Origin: Candidatus Aminicenantes bacterium
GTDB taxonomy: Bacteria > Acidobacteriota > Aminicenantia > Aminicenantales > JAFGBC01
Assembly: GCA_963702005.1 (NCBI GenBank)
Contig: OY969696.1
Span: 544,001-608,000, forward strand
Reading direction: 5' to 3'
DNA: 64,000 bases
A program made the position numbers and the translations under genes. Shown piece after piece: positions 48,178 through 56,847 of this stretch. The notes beneath the pieces are model-generated. The model saw only the letters and a list, made by a program, of their open reading frames with translations. It had not been told where the DNA came from and did not search any database. The first letter of the stretch is position 1. The number at the start of each line of letters is the position of its first letter.

Positions 48178-49293
48178 ATGAAAGACGAAGATAAAGACCC
48201 CAAGGATTCTTCCCGCCTGAAGGCCATGGAGGCCGCCGTCTCCCAGATCGAGAAGCAGTTCGGGAAGGGGGCCGTTATGAAGCTCGGCCAGAAGGACGCT
48301 GCCGTCAAGGTCCCGGCTATTCCGACCGGCTCGATCGCCTTCGACCTGAGCCTGGGAATCGGCGGGTTCCCGCGCGGCCGGGTTGTCGAGATCTTCGGGC
48401 CCGAGGCGACCGGGAAGACGACCCTGGCCCTCCACGTCATCGCCGAAGCCCAGCGGCGGGGCGGACAGGCGGCCTTCATCGACGCCGAGCACGCCCTCGA
48501 CCCGACCTATGCGGGCAAGATCGGCGTCGATATCGACAACCTCCTCATCTCCCAGCCCGATTACGGCGAGCAGGGACTGGAGATCGCCGAGGTCCTGGTC
48601 CGGAGCGGCGCCGTCGATGTCATCGTCGTCGATTCGGTCGCGGCCCTCGTCCCCAAGGCCGAGCTCGAGGGCGAGATGGGGGATTCCCACATGGGCCTCC
48701 AGGCGCGCCTGATGTCCCAGGCCCTCAGGAAGCTCACGGCCATCGTCGCCCGCTCCAAGACCTGCTTCATCTTCGTCAACCAGCTCCGGGAGAAGATCGG
48801 GATCTTCATCGGAAATCCGGAGACGACCACGGGCGGCCGGGCGCTTAAGTTCTACTCCTCGGTCCGGATCGATATCCGGAGGATCGCCAGCATCAAGGAA
48901 GGCGAGGAGATAGTTGGCAACCGGGTCAAGGTCAAGATCGCCAAGAACAAGATGGCCCCGCCCTTCCGCGAAGCCCAGTTCGACATCATCTTCGGCGAGG
49001 GGATCTCCCGGGAGGGAGACCTCGTCGACTGCGGGCTGGACTTCGGCCTGATCGAGAGGAGCGGAACCTGGTACTCCTACAAGGGCGAGCGGCTCGGCCA
49101 GGGCCGGGACAACGTCAAAAAGCTATTAAAGGAGAACGCGGAGCTGGCCAACCAGCTCGAACTCGAGCTGCGCAGGAAGGTCGGCCTGGCCGGCGAGTCG
49201 GCCGAGGAGAAGCCCGACGCGAAATCCGGGGTAAAACCCGAGCCGAAACCCGAAGCTAAGCCCGAACCGAAGTCCGCTGCCAAGGGGAAATAG
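48178..49293 (+). CDS. recA: Recombinase A
   Basis: [44 protein letters not shown]. Confidence 0.98.
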   Translation: MKDEDKDPKDSSRLKAMEAAVSQIEKQFGKGAVMKLGQKDAAVKVPAIPTGSIAFDLSLGIGGFPRGRVVEIFGPEATGKTTLALHVIAEAQRRGGQAAFIDAEHALDPTYAGKIGVDIDNLLISQPDYGEQGLEIAEVLVRSGAVDVIVVDSVAALVPKAELEGEMGDSHMGLQARLMSQALRKLTAIVARSKTCFIFVNQLREKIGIFIGNPETTTGGRALKFYSSVRIDIRRIASIKEGEEIVGNRVKVKIAKNKMAPPFREAQFDIIFGEGISREGDLVDCGLDFGLIERSGTWYSYKGERLGQGRDNVKKLLKENAELANQLELELRRKVGLAGESAEEKPDAKSGVKPEPKPEAKPEPKSAAKGK

Positions 49294-49334
49294 GCGGGGG
49301 GCGACGGCGACGGCGGCGCCGTTCAGGCTGGGGG

Positions 49335-49409
49335 TTGACCCGTTCGCCGAGGCTCAGGGTCACCCCCGAACAGGCCCCCGCCTCGAGGCCGGGGTGTCGA
49401 GGGGTTGAC
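49335..49409. repeat. Nested palindromic repeat family A, copy 2 (core only, 70 bp between TTGAC repeats)
   Basis: TTGAC-CCGTTCGCCGAGGCTCAGGGT...GCCGGGGTGTCGAGGGG-TTGAC. Confidence 0.82.
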
Positions 49410-49432
49410 AAATCCTATATTTTTGATAGATT
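49405..49432 (+). promoter_or_regulatory. Putative sod promoter
   Basis: TTGACA(49405-10)-16 nt-TAGATT with an extended-10 TG. Confidence 0.6.
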
Positions 49433-49453
49433 TTAGCTGTGAGGGAGGCCGTT

Positions 49454-50164
49454 ATGCTCAATCGTCGCGACTTTTTGGCTTTGACGGGCGCGGGTGGGGC
49501 GGCGGTATTGGCCGCGGGCGCGCTCCAGGCCCTGGGGCGGGGACGGCTTCCGGACAAGGAGGAAACGATCATGGCTTACACGGCGAAGGATTATTCCAAA
49601 CTCATCGGGACGGCGGGCTTCAGCGAGACCCTTCTCAAGAACCATTTCACCCTTTACCAGGGCTATGTCACGAACACGAACAAGGTCCTCGACATCCTGG
49701 CCCAGATGCTCAAGGACGGGAAGACCGCGACGCCCGAGTACGCGGAGCTCAAGCGCCGCTTCGGCTGGGAGTTCGACGGGATGCGGCTCCACGAGCTCTA
49801 TTTCGAGAACCTGGGCGGCAAGGCCGGCCTCGACGCCAACGGCGGGTTGGCCAAGGCGCTCGCCGGGGAGTTCGGCTCGCTCGAGCTCTGGGAAAAGGAT
49901 TTCCGGGCGACCGGGGCGATGCGGGGGATCGGCTGGGTCGTCCTCTACCGGGACGCGGCCGCGGGACGGCTATTCAACGCCTGGATCAACGAGCACGACG
50001 TCTCGCATCCGGCCGGCTGCCAGCCGCTCCTGGTCATGGACGTCTTTGAGCATGCCTACATGCTCGACTACGGCATTAAGCGGGCCGACTACATCGAGGC
50101 GTTCTTCAAGGCCGTCGACTGGACCGCGGTCCAAGCCCGGCTTACTAAGCCGGGCGAAATATAG
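49454..50164 (+). CDS. Fe/Mn superoxide dismutase family (ChrC-like) with Tat-like leader; alternative start at 49571
   Basis: NHFTLYQGY, LHELYFENL, GIGWV, DVFEHAY; leader MLNRRDFLALTGAGGAAVLAAG. Confidence 0.88.
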   Translation: MLNRRDFLALTGAGGAAVLAAGALQALGRGRLPDKEETIMAYTAKDYSKLIGTAGFSETLLKNHFTLYQGYVTNTNKVLDILAQMLKDGKTATPEYAELKRRFGWEFDGMRLHELYFENLGGKAGLDANGGLAKALAGEFGSLELWEKDFRATGAMRGIGWVVLYRDAAAGRLFNAWINEHDVSHPAGCQPLLVMDVFEHAYMLDYGIKRADYIEAFFKAVDWTAVQARLTKPGEI

Positions 50165-50185
50165 TTGACTCCATATTTCCTTATC

Positions 50186-50305
50186 GCCCGGCTAGTACTC
50201 GGGGAGCAGCAAGGACTATGCAATGCCTATTCTGCTCCCCGTAGTAAGTGATCCGGCCCTAGCGACGGGTCGCTCCGCGAATTCCACACAAGGGTTCAGC
50301 CGGGC
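50186..50305. ncRNA. Candidate structured non-coding element, unassigned
   Basis: Closing stem GCCCGGCT/AGCCGGGC, long hairpin 50196-50246, second domain 50255-50296. Confidence 0.4.
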
Positions 50306-50409
50306 TCCGCCGCAAATTTGACGCCGACGCCTATGCCCGCCGATGGACCGAGGCGGCCGGGGCGTGATAGAATGATCCCGATTCCGAACGGCAGGAGGAG
50401 ACGCGCGGC

Positions 50410-51474
50410 ATGCCCCCATCCGTGACAAAAAGATCGAAGAAGGCGGGCCTTCCGCCGGGGACGCTCGTCCACGTCGGCGAGCGGAAGATGGAACGCGTCA
50501 AGATCACGGTTATCGACTACGATGAGAAGCACTTCGAGGAGCGCGAGGCCCGGACGGTCGAGGAGTGCTTTCCGTTCAAGGACAAGCCGACCGTAACCTG
50601 GATCAACGTCGACGGCATCCACGACACGCCCGTCATCGAGAAGCTCGGGACGTATTTCGGGATCCATTCCCTCATCCTCGAGGACATCCTCAACACCAAC
50701 CAGCGCCCCAAAATAGAGGATATGGGCGACTACATCTATATCGTCCTCAAGACGCTCGAGGGAGGACCCGGCTCCAGCTCCGAGCTCATAGAGCAGAACA
50801 GCTTCGTCGTCGGCCCCAACTTCGTCCTGTCCTTTCAGGAGAAGGAGGGGGACGCCTTCGGCCCGGTCCGGGACCGGATCCGCAAGGGCGGGAACCGGAT
50901 TCGCAAGCTCGGCCCCGATTACCTCGTCTACGCCCTGATCGACGCCGTCGTCGACAGCTACTTCGCCGTCCTGGAGCGGGTCGGAGAGCGGATCGAGGAC
51001 CTCGAGGAGGAGCTCATCGCCGACCCCTCGCCCAAGACCCTCAACGGAATTCACGTCCTCAAGAACGAAATGCTTTTCCTCCGCAAAGCGGTCTGGCCCC
51101 TGCGCGAGGTCATCAACTCGATCGAGCGGACCGAATCGGCCCTGGTCAAGAAGGGGACCGACATCTTCTTCCGCGATATCTACGACCACATCATCCAGGT
51201 CATCGACACGGTCGAGACCTACCGGGACATGCTGGGGGGCATGTTCGACACCTACCTGTCCAGCCTCTCGAACCGGATGAACGAGGTCATGAAGGTCCTG
51301 ACCATCATCGCCACCATCTTCATTCCCCTGACCTTCCTGGCCGGGATCTACGGGATGAACTTCAAGTTCATGCCCGAGCTCGGGTGGCGTTGGGGTTACG
51401 CGGGCGTCTGGGTCATCATCGTCGCCGTCGCGCTGACCATGATCCTCTTTTTCAAGAAAAAGAAATGGCTGTAA
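50410..51474 (+). CDS. corA: Magnesium/cobalt transporter CorA
   Basis: GLPPGTL, WINVDG, LEDILNTNQRPK, MNEVMKVLT, YGMNF, MPEL. Confidence 0.96.
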   Translation: MPPSVTKRSKKAGLPPGTLVHVGERKMERVKITVIDYDEKHFEEREARTVEECFPFKDKPTVTWINVDGIHDTPVIEKLGTYFGIHSLILEDILNTNQRPKIEDMGDYIYIVLKTLEGGPGSSSELIEQNSFVVGPNFVLSFQEKEGDAFGPVRDRIRKGGNRIRKLGPDYLVYALIDAVVDSYFAVLERVGERIEDLEEELIADPSPKTLNGIHVLKNEMLFLRKAVWPLREVINSIERTESALVKKGTDIFFRDIYDHIIQVIDTVETYRDMLGGMFDTYLSSLSNRMNEVMKVLTIIATIFIPLTFLAGIYGMNFKFMPELGWRWGYAGVWVIIVAVALTMILFFKKKKWL

Positions 51475-51499
51475 CCCATCGGGGGAAGGAGGCGAATCC

Positions 51500-51700
51500 G
51501 TGAAAACGAAGCTCGTCCTGGCCCTGGTCATCCTGGCCCTGCTGGTTATTCTTCTCATCCAGAACACACAAATCGTCACCTACCGGCTCTATTTCTGGAG
51601 CGTATCCCTCTCCCAGATCATCCTCCTGCCGCTGGCCGTCCTGGCCGGCTTTTTGATCGGCTTTCTCACGGCCAAGATGTCCGGCCGGGGCAAGAAATAA
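51500..51700 (+). CDS. LapA-family small membrane protein
   Basis: RBS AAGGAGG, TM-QNT-V..LYFW-TM pattern. Confidence 0.72.
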   Translation: MKTKLVLALVILALLVILLIQNTQIVTYRLYFWSVSLSQIILLPLAVLAGFLIGFLTAKMSGRGKK

Positions 51701-51728
51701 CGGTGTGCCGGCCAAAGCGAGGGCGCAC

Positions 51729-52328
51729 ATGAAGTCCGTTTTTTCGCACATCCGGACCAACGTCGTGCGCGGGCTGCTCGCCCTCGTCCCCCTCGTCCTT
51801 TGTTATTTTGTCATCCGGCTCCTCTACCTCCAGGTCGACGAGCGGGTTGCGCCCTGGATCGAGCGCATCTTCGGCGTGCGGATCCCCGGCCTGGGTCTCC
51901 TCCTCGTCCTGATTCTTCTTTATCTGGCCGGGCTCGCGGTCAGCCACTGGTGGGGCCGGAAGGCGTTTCAGGTCGTCGAATTCCTGACGACCCGGATCCC
52001 CCTGATCAAGACCGTTTACCATGTCGGCAAGCAGCTCACCGACGCCATCTCCCTGCCCGACAAAAAAGGCTTCCATCGGGTCGTGCTCGTCCAGCAGTTT
52101 CGGTCCGGCGTCTGGTCGATCGGTTTCGTTACCGGGACCCTCTCCGAACGGGGGAAGAAAAAGGCGCCGAAAGTCCTCAAGGTGTTCATCCCGACCGCTC
52201 CCAACCCGACAACCGGCTTCATGGTCTTGGTCAAGGAATCAGACGTTCGGGAGATGAACTGGAGCGTCAAGGACGCCATGAACGCCGTCATCTCAGGCGG
52301 CCTGATCAGCCCGCCGGACCTGCCCTGA
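51729..52328 (+). CDS. DUF502 membrane protein
   Basis: GLLALVPL, RIPLIKTVY, IGFVT, VFIPTAPNPTTGF, ISGG. Confidence 0.88.
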   Translation: MKSVFSHIRTNVVRGLLALVPLVLCYFVIRLLYLQVDERVAPWIERIFGVRIPGLGLLLVLILLYLAGLAVSHWWGRKAFQVVEFLTTRIPLIKTVYHVGKQLTDAISLPDKKGFHRVVLVQQFRSGVWSIGFVTGTLSERGKKKAPKVLKVFIPTAPNPTTGFMVLVKESDVREMNWSVKDAMNAVISGGLISPPDLP

Positions 52329-52430
52329 ACGGGGTCAATCCCCTCCGCTAGAAATCCTAGGCGCATCGTCGTGGAGTGGATGCGAGGAACCCGCTCCGGG
52401 GACCGGCGAGGAGCTTCGGACCTACACTTT

Positions 52431-52574
52431 GTCACCCGTTCGCCGACGCGACCCCGCCCTAAAAGGCGGGGCTTAAAATCGGAGCCCTGCCTTTCAAGGC
52501 GGAGATGAGAAGCGAGGCTCAGGGTTAACCCTGACCAAGCCCCGGCCTTCAGGCCGGGGAGTCGAGGGTTTGAC
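52431..52574. repeat. Nested palindromic repeat family A, copy 3 (core plus module B)
   Basis: Colinear with 16273-16415. Confidence 0.9.
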
Positions 52575-52665
52575 TTTTTCCAAAAAAACCTATGCTATCG
52601 TCGACGAAAAAAGGGGGGCGCTCCCAATGTCTTGAAGGGCCGGCGCGTCCCGGCTTTCTCTTGGA

Positions 52666-53907
52666 CTATTTCTTCTCGATAAGGTCCGGGAAGGCCGCCT
52701 TGAGCGATTCGAGAACCCAGCCCGCTTGCTCCTCCTGAAAGGCGGCGACATCCTTCGCGGGCGGCCGGAGCGTTTCCCAGTCGCGAAGCTTCCGCTCTGT
52801 CCTGTCCAGGACGGTATCTTCGATACGGAGGAGCTTGGGCAGGACTCCCTCACCGCAGTAGGTCCTGAGCCGGGTCAGGTTCAGGTACTGAGGCATGTGG
52901 CCGCGGACATCCGGGTAGAGATAGGCGACCAGGGCTCGCGAGAAGTCGTTGAGCGGCGCCGTCGCGGGCCCGGCGCAGGCGGCAGGAACGGCTTCCGCGT
53001 CCGGCCAAAGGGGAACGGCGACCGCCGTCACGGCCTGGCCGAGGGCGGCCCACATCGTGGCCAAGTAGGACTTGTCCCGCGAGGGCGCGCCCTGGAAGAC
53101 GGCGACGGCGACCGAGGAGTTGCGGTTGATCGTATCGTTGGTATGGATGTAGAGGGGGGCGGCCGGGTCGGCGGGAAGGGCGACGGACATCGGGAAGGAA
53201 TAGAGCTTCTCGTTGACGAGGTCGCGGGCCGCTTCTTGGAGGATGAACTTCACGGTCAGGCGGTTCTCGGCGCGGGCCGTCTCGAAAAGATGCGAGGCGC
53301 GCTCGAAGCGGATGAAGCCGCCGCCCGCGAGAAGGTCGGGCGAGGTGAAAGCGTAATTAGTGCGGACGATGGTGCCGAAGGGCGCGACGCGCGGGTCGGC
53401 CGCGTCGAACTTCTGGTAGGAGGCGCTGGCCGTTTCGAAGAAGCAGGCCCCGCCCTGGGCGTCGATGACCCCGAAGTTGGCGGACAGGTCGTAGCGGCCG
53501 CGGCTGGCGTTGAGGAGCTCCTCGAAATCTGCGACCGTGGCGCAGAGGCCCAGGGCCGTTTTCATGAATCGGCCGTTGTCGGCGCCGTCCTTCCCGGGGG
53601 AAGCCAGGTCGTCGGACTGGGAGTTCATCAGGGCCAGGCCGGCCGAGTTGAGGCCGGCCCAAATCTCCTTGCCCTCGGGGTCGGCCGCGTCGATGAGGGC
53701 GATGCATTTGAATTTTTCGCCCGTGAAGGCGAACATCTTGTTCTTGAAAGCCGTCGTGTCCCTGTTCTTCCAGAGCAGGGGACGCCCGTCCGGGGTCGCT
53801 TTGCCCGAAACGACGGCCAGCGTGCAGGGCCGCAGCAAAGACGTCCCGATGAAAAAGAGGGCCGAGGCTAAAATGAGATTCCGGGCCGGACAATGGGCTC
53901 GAGCCAT
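52666..53907 (-). CDS. Exported Ntn-hydrolase (C45/C69-like)
   Basis: Signal peptide directly followed by CTLAVVSG..DGRPLLWKNRD; GLNSAG, ANFGVIDA, RTNY; RBS AAAGGAG before ATG 53907. Confidence 0.8.
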   Translation of the reverse strand: MARAHCPARNLILASALFFIGTSLLRPCTLAVVSGKATPDGRPLLWKNRDTTAFKNKMFAFTGEKFKCIALIDAADPEGKEIWAGLNSAGLALMNSQSDDLASPGKDGADNGRFMKTALGLCATVADFEELLNASRGRYDLSANFGVIDAQGGACFFETASASYQKFDAADPRVAPFGTIVRTNYAFTSPDLLAGGGFIRFERASHLFETARAENRLTVKFILQEAARDLVNEKLYSFPMSVALPADPAAPLYIHTNDTINRNSSVAVAVFQGAPSRDKSYLATMWAALGQAVTAVAVPLWPDAEAVPAACAGPATAPLNDFSRALVAYLYPDVRGHMPQYLNLTRLRTYCGEGVLPKLLRIEDTVLDRTERKLRDWETLRPPAKDVAAFQEEQAGWVLESLKAAFPDLIEKK

Positions 53908-54065
53908 GGCGAGGTCTCCTTTCGCGTATTTACAGATGACCGTTGAGACTCTTAGGGTATCAAAATTGAACGGCGGGCTCAACGGACCCTGAGGGACGGA
54001 CTCGGCGGCGTTTGATCGCCGGATTGAGTCTGTGTTATAAGTAATCCGGCCGGGAGAGGGACGCC

Positions 54066-55181
54066 ATGCTCAGAAAATCCGCGCGGGCTCCGATCTTTTT
54101 CTGCCTCTTGGCTTGCGCCATCTTGAGCGGGAGGGGATTGGTTCGAGCGGAGGATAAGCCTGCCGAACCGGGGCAGGCCAGGACGGGGCGGTGGCTTCTG
54201 CTTCCCGTTCTCGGTTATTCGCCGGAGACGCGGATCATCCTGGGGCTGGGCGGCGTCTATTATTTCCGGCCCGCCGGCAGCCGTCCCGAGGCTCGTCCCT
54301 CCCAGGTTTGGATCGCCGCGATCGGCACCCAAAACAAACAATTCATGCTGTGGCTGCTGCCAGAACTGTACCTCCGGAATGAAACGCTCAGGATCGTCGG
54401 CAGCCTCAAGCTGGAAAATTATCCGCAGAAATTCTACGGGGTCGGAAACGATACGGCCGACGAAATCGAGGAAGACTACAGCTACCGTCGGGCCTATCTG
54501 GAACTGACCGCGCTGCGCAAGATCCGGTCCCGGTTCTTCGGCGGCCTTTACTATGAATTCGAAACCGGCCGAATCGTCAAGCCCAAGCCGGGCGGCCTGC
54601 TCGACCGCGGCGAGATCCCCGGGACCGGGACGACGACCGTCTCGGGCGCGGGCCTGGCCGCGGCCTGGGACAGCCGGGACAGCATCTTTTTTCCGCGCCG
54701 CGGATCTTATCATCAAGCCTGGCTGTCGGGCTATAGCGGCATTCTGGGAAGCGAGTACGACTTCATTCGGCTCAAGTTCGACCTGCGCCACTACATCCCC
54801 GTTTTCTCAAGCCACGTCCTCGCCCTTCAGGCCATGGTCCGGCTGATCTCGGGGCAACCGCCTTTCCAGTTCATGGGGACGATCGGCGGAGACACGCTCA
54901 TGCGCGGATACTACCTGGGAAGGTACCGGGACAAGAACCTGGTCATCCTGCAGGCCGAGTACCGGATGCCGGTCTGGTGGCGGTTCGGCTTGGCCGGGTT
55001 CGCGGGCGTGGGCGACGTGGCCGCGAAACCGGGAAAATTCAGGTTGGGAAGCTTTAAATACACGGCCGGGTTCGGGCTCCGCTTTCTGTTCGACGCCAAG
55101 GAGAAGACCTACATCAGGGTCGATTTCGGCTTCGGCAAGAACACCTCCGGCATGTACATCATGGTCGGCGAAGCCTTCTAG
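54066..55181 (+). CDS. Omp85/BamA-TamA family outer-membrane protein, barrel only
   Basis: DSRD...PRRG, MRGY..GRYRD, AEYR, GFGLR, RVDFG, C-terminal GEAF. Confidence 0.85.
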   Translation: MLRKSARAPIFFCLLACAILSGRGLVRAEDKPAEPGQARTGRWLLLPVLGYSPETRIILGLGGVYYFRPAGSRPEARPSQVWIAAIGTQNKQFMLWLLPELYLRNETLRIVGSLKLENYPQKFYGVGNDTADEIEEDYSYRRAYLELTALRKIRSRFFGGLYYEFETGRIVKPKPGGLLDRGEIPGTGTTTVSGAGLAAAWDSRDSIFFPRRGSYHQAWLSGYSGILGSEYDFIRLKFDLRHYIPVFSSHVLALQAMVRLISGQPPFQFMGTIGGDTLMRGYYLGRYRDKNLVILQAEYRMPVWWRFGLAGFAGVGDVAAKPGKFRLGSFKYTAGFGLRFLFDAKEKTYIRVDFGFGKNTSGMYIMVGEAF

Positions 55182-55299
55182 TCGGGGTCAAACCTACACT
55201 TTGTCACTTTTTCAATCCCCTCGCGGGATTCCAGGGACGTAAGTCCGTGGAGCTTCAGAAAAACACTTAAAAAAATGCGAGTTAGCCGCGTTAAACCAC

Positions 55300-55484
55300 T
55301 TGACCCGTTCGCCCATGCTACCCCGCCCTGAAGGGCGGGGCTAAAATCGGAGCCCCGCCTTTCAAGGCGGGGACGAGAAGCGACACTTTTGTACTCAGCC
55401 CTTTTAGAAGGAATGGGGCTGAGTAGCCTCAGGGTTAACCCCGAGCAAGCCCCGGTATTCATGGCGGGGAGTTGAGGGGTTGAC
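55300..55484. repeat. Nested palindromic repeat family A, copy 4 (core plus modules B and C)
   Basis: Colinear with the other copies, plus an extra hairpin TACTCAGCCC...GGGCTGAGTA at ~55384-55425; TTGAC at both ends. Confidence 0.9.
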
Positions 55485-55496
55485 AATTTCTTAATC

Positions 55497-55516
55497 TGTA
55501 TTATATTATTAATACA
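55497..55516. promoter_or_regulatory. YtrA/GntR operator overlapping the -10 region
   Basis: Perfect TGTATTA-N6-TAATACA palindrome 18 nt before the gntR start; -35 TTGACA at 55480-55485. Confidence 0.82.
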
Positions 55517-55534
55517 CTAATACGGAGGCCGAAG

Positions 55535-55936
55535 GTGATCAAGATCGACCCGACAAGCTTCATCCCCCTTTATGAACAGGTCAAGGCCGGCCTCAGACGC
55601 GAAATCGCCCTGGGGGCGCTCAAGCCCCTTCAGCCCCTCCCCTCGATCCGGGAGCTGGCCGCGAACCTCCTGATCAACCCCAACACCGTGGCCCGGGCTT
55701 ACGGCGAGCTCGAGCGGGACCGGCTGATCACGACAAGGAAGGGTAAAGGCTGCTTCGTGTCCGAGGATTCCCGGGCCGCCGTCGAGAAGGAAAAGGTCAA
55801 GCGTCTCGACGCGGTGTTCGAGGAGGCGATCGAGGACGCCCGGAAGACGGGGGCCGGGCTGTCCGAGATCAGGAAAGCGTTCGAAGACAGGCTCCGGGCC
55901 GCTTTCGAAGGACCCTCGAAAAGGAGGACGTCATGA
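55535..55936 (+). CDS. GntR (YtrA subfamily) regulator
   Basis: PLYEQV, LPSIRELA, INPNTVARAY, GKGCFV; short C-terminus. Confidence 0.93.
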   Translation: MIKIDPTSFIPLYEQVKAGLRREIALGALKPLQPLPSIRELAANLLINPNTVARAYGELERDRLITTRKGKGCFVSEDSRAAVEKEKVKRLDAVFEEAIEDARKTGAGLSEIRKAFEDRLRAAFEGPSKRRTS

Positions 55937-56838
55937 ACGAGCTGCTGAAAGTCTGCGGGCTGAACAAGAGGTTCGGGAAGAAACGCGTCCTCGACGACCT
56001 CGCCTTCGCGGTCGAGCCGGGTCGCGTTTACGGCCTCCTGGGCCGGAACGGCGAAGGGAAGACGACTCTGGCCAGGATCCTGATGGGCGTCATCCCCGCC
56101 GACCGGGGCGAGGTCGTGTTCAAGGGTCAGGCGATCCGTTTTGGCGCCGCGGCCTACAAACGCGAGATCGGTTATATTCCCGAGGATCCTTTCTATTACG
56201 GCTGGATGAAGGTGAGGGAGCTTCTCAGCCTTAATGCCTCCTTTTACCCCAAGTGGGATGCGGACCGCGTCCGGGACCTGACCGGGAATCTCGGCCTGGA
56301 CCCGGGCGCCCGCATCAGAACCTTGTCCCGAGGCCAAAAGCTCAAGCTCGGCTTGGTCGTCGCGGTCGGGGCCGTCCCGGACCTTCTCCTCCTCGATGAC
56401 CCGACCTCGGGGCTCGACGTCCCGACCCGGCACGATTTCCTGCGCGGCGTCATCCACGACCTGGCCGAGCGGGGAACGGCCGTTTTGTTCGCGACCCATA
56501 TGGTCCATGAGCTGGAACGGATCGCGGATCATCTCCTTGTCCTCCACGGCGGCCGGGTTATTCTCGACCGGCGTTTCGAGGACGTCAAGGCCTTGACCCG
56601 GCGCGTCCGGCTTTCCTTCGACGGCGAACCGCCGGCCTGGCCCGCGATCGAAGGCACGCTTTCCGTCGAGCGAGAGGCGGGGCGGGTCGAGGCCTTCGTC
56701 TATCCCTGGAACGGCGCGGCCGAGGAAGGGATCAGGAGCCTCGCTCCGGTCAAGATGGAAATCGAGCCCCTCTCGCTCGAGGAGATTTTCGTCGCATTCG
56801 TCAGCGTCGATCCGGCCCGGCCGGTTGCGAGATCATAA
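55933..56838 (+). CDS. ABC transporter ATP-binding protein (YtrB-like)
   Basis: GRNGEGKTT, LSRGQ, LLLDDPTSGLD, H-loop ATH. Confidence 0.93.
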   Translation: MNELLKVCGLNKRFGKKRVLDDLAFAVEPGRVYGLLGRNGEGKTTLARILMGVIPADRGEVVFKGQAIRFGAAAYKREIGYIPEDPFYYGWMKVRELLSLNASFYPKWDADRVRDLTGNLGLDPGARIRTLSRGQKLKLGLVVAVGAVPDLLLLDDPTSGLDVPTRHDFLRGVIHDLAERGTAVLFATHMVHELERIADHLLVLHGGRVILDRRFEDVKALTRRVRLSFDGEPPAWPAIEGTLSVEREAGRVEAFVYPWNGAAEEGIRSLAPVKMEIEPLSLEEIFVAFVSVDPARPVARS

Positions 56839-56847
56839 GGAGACGCC

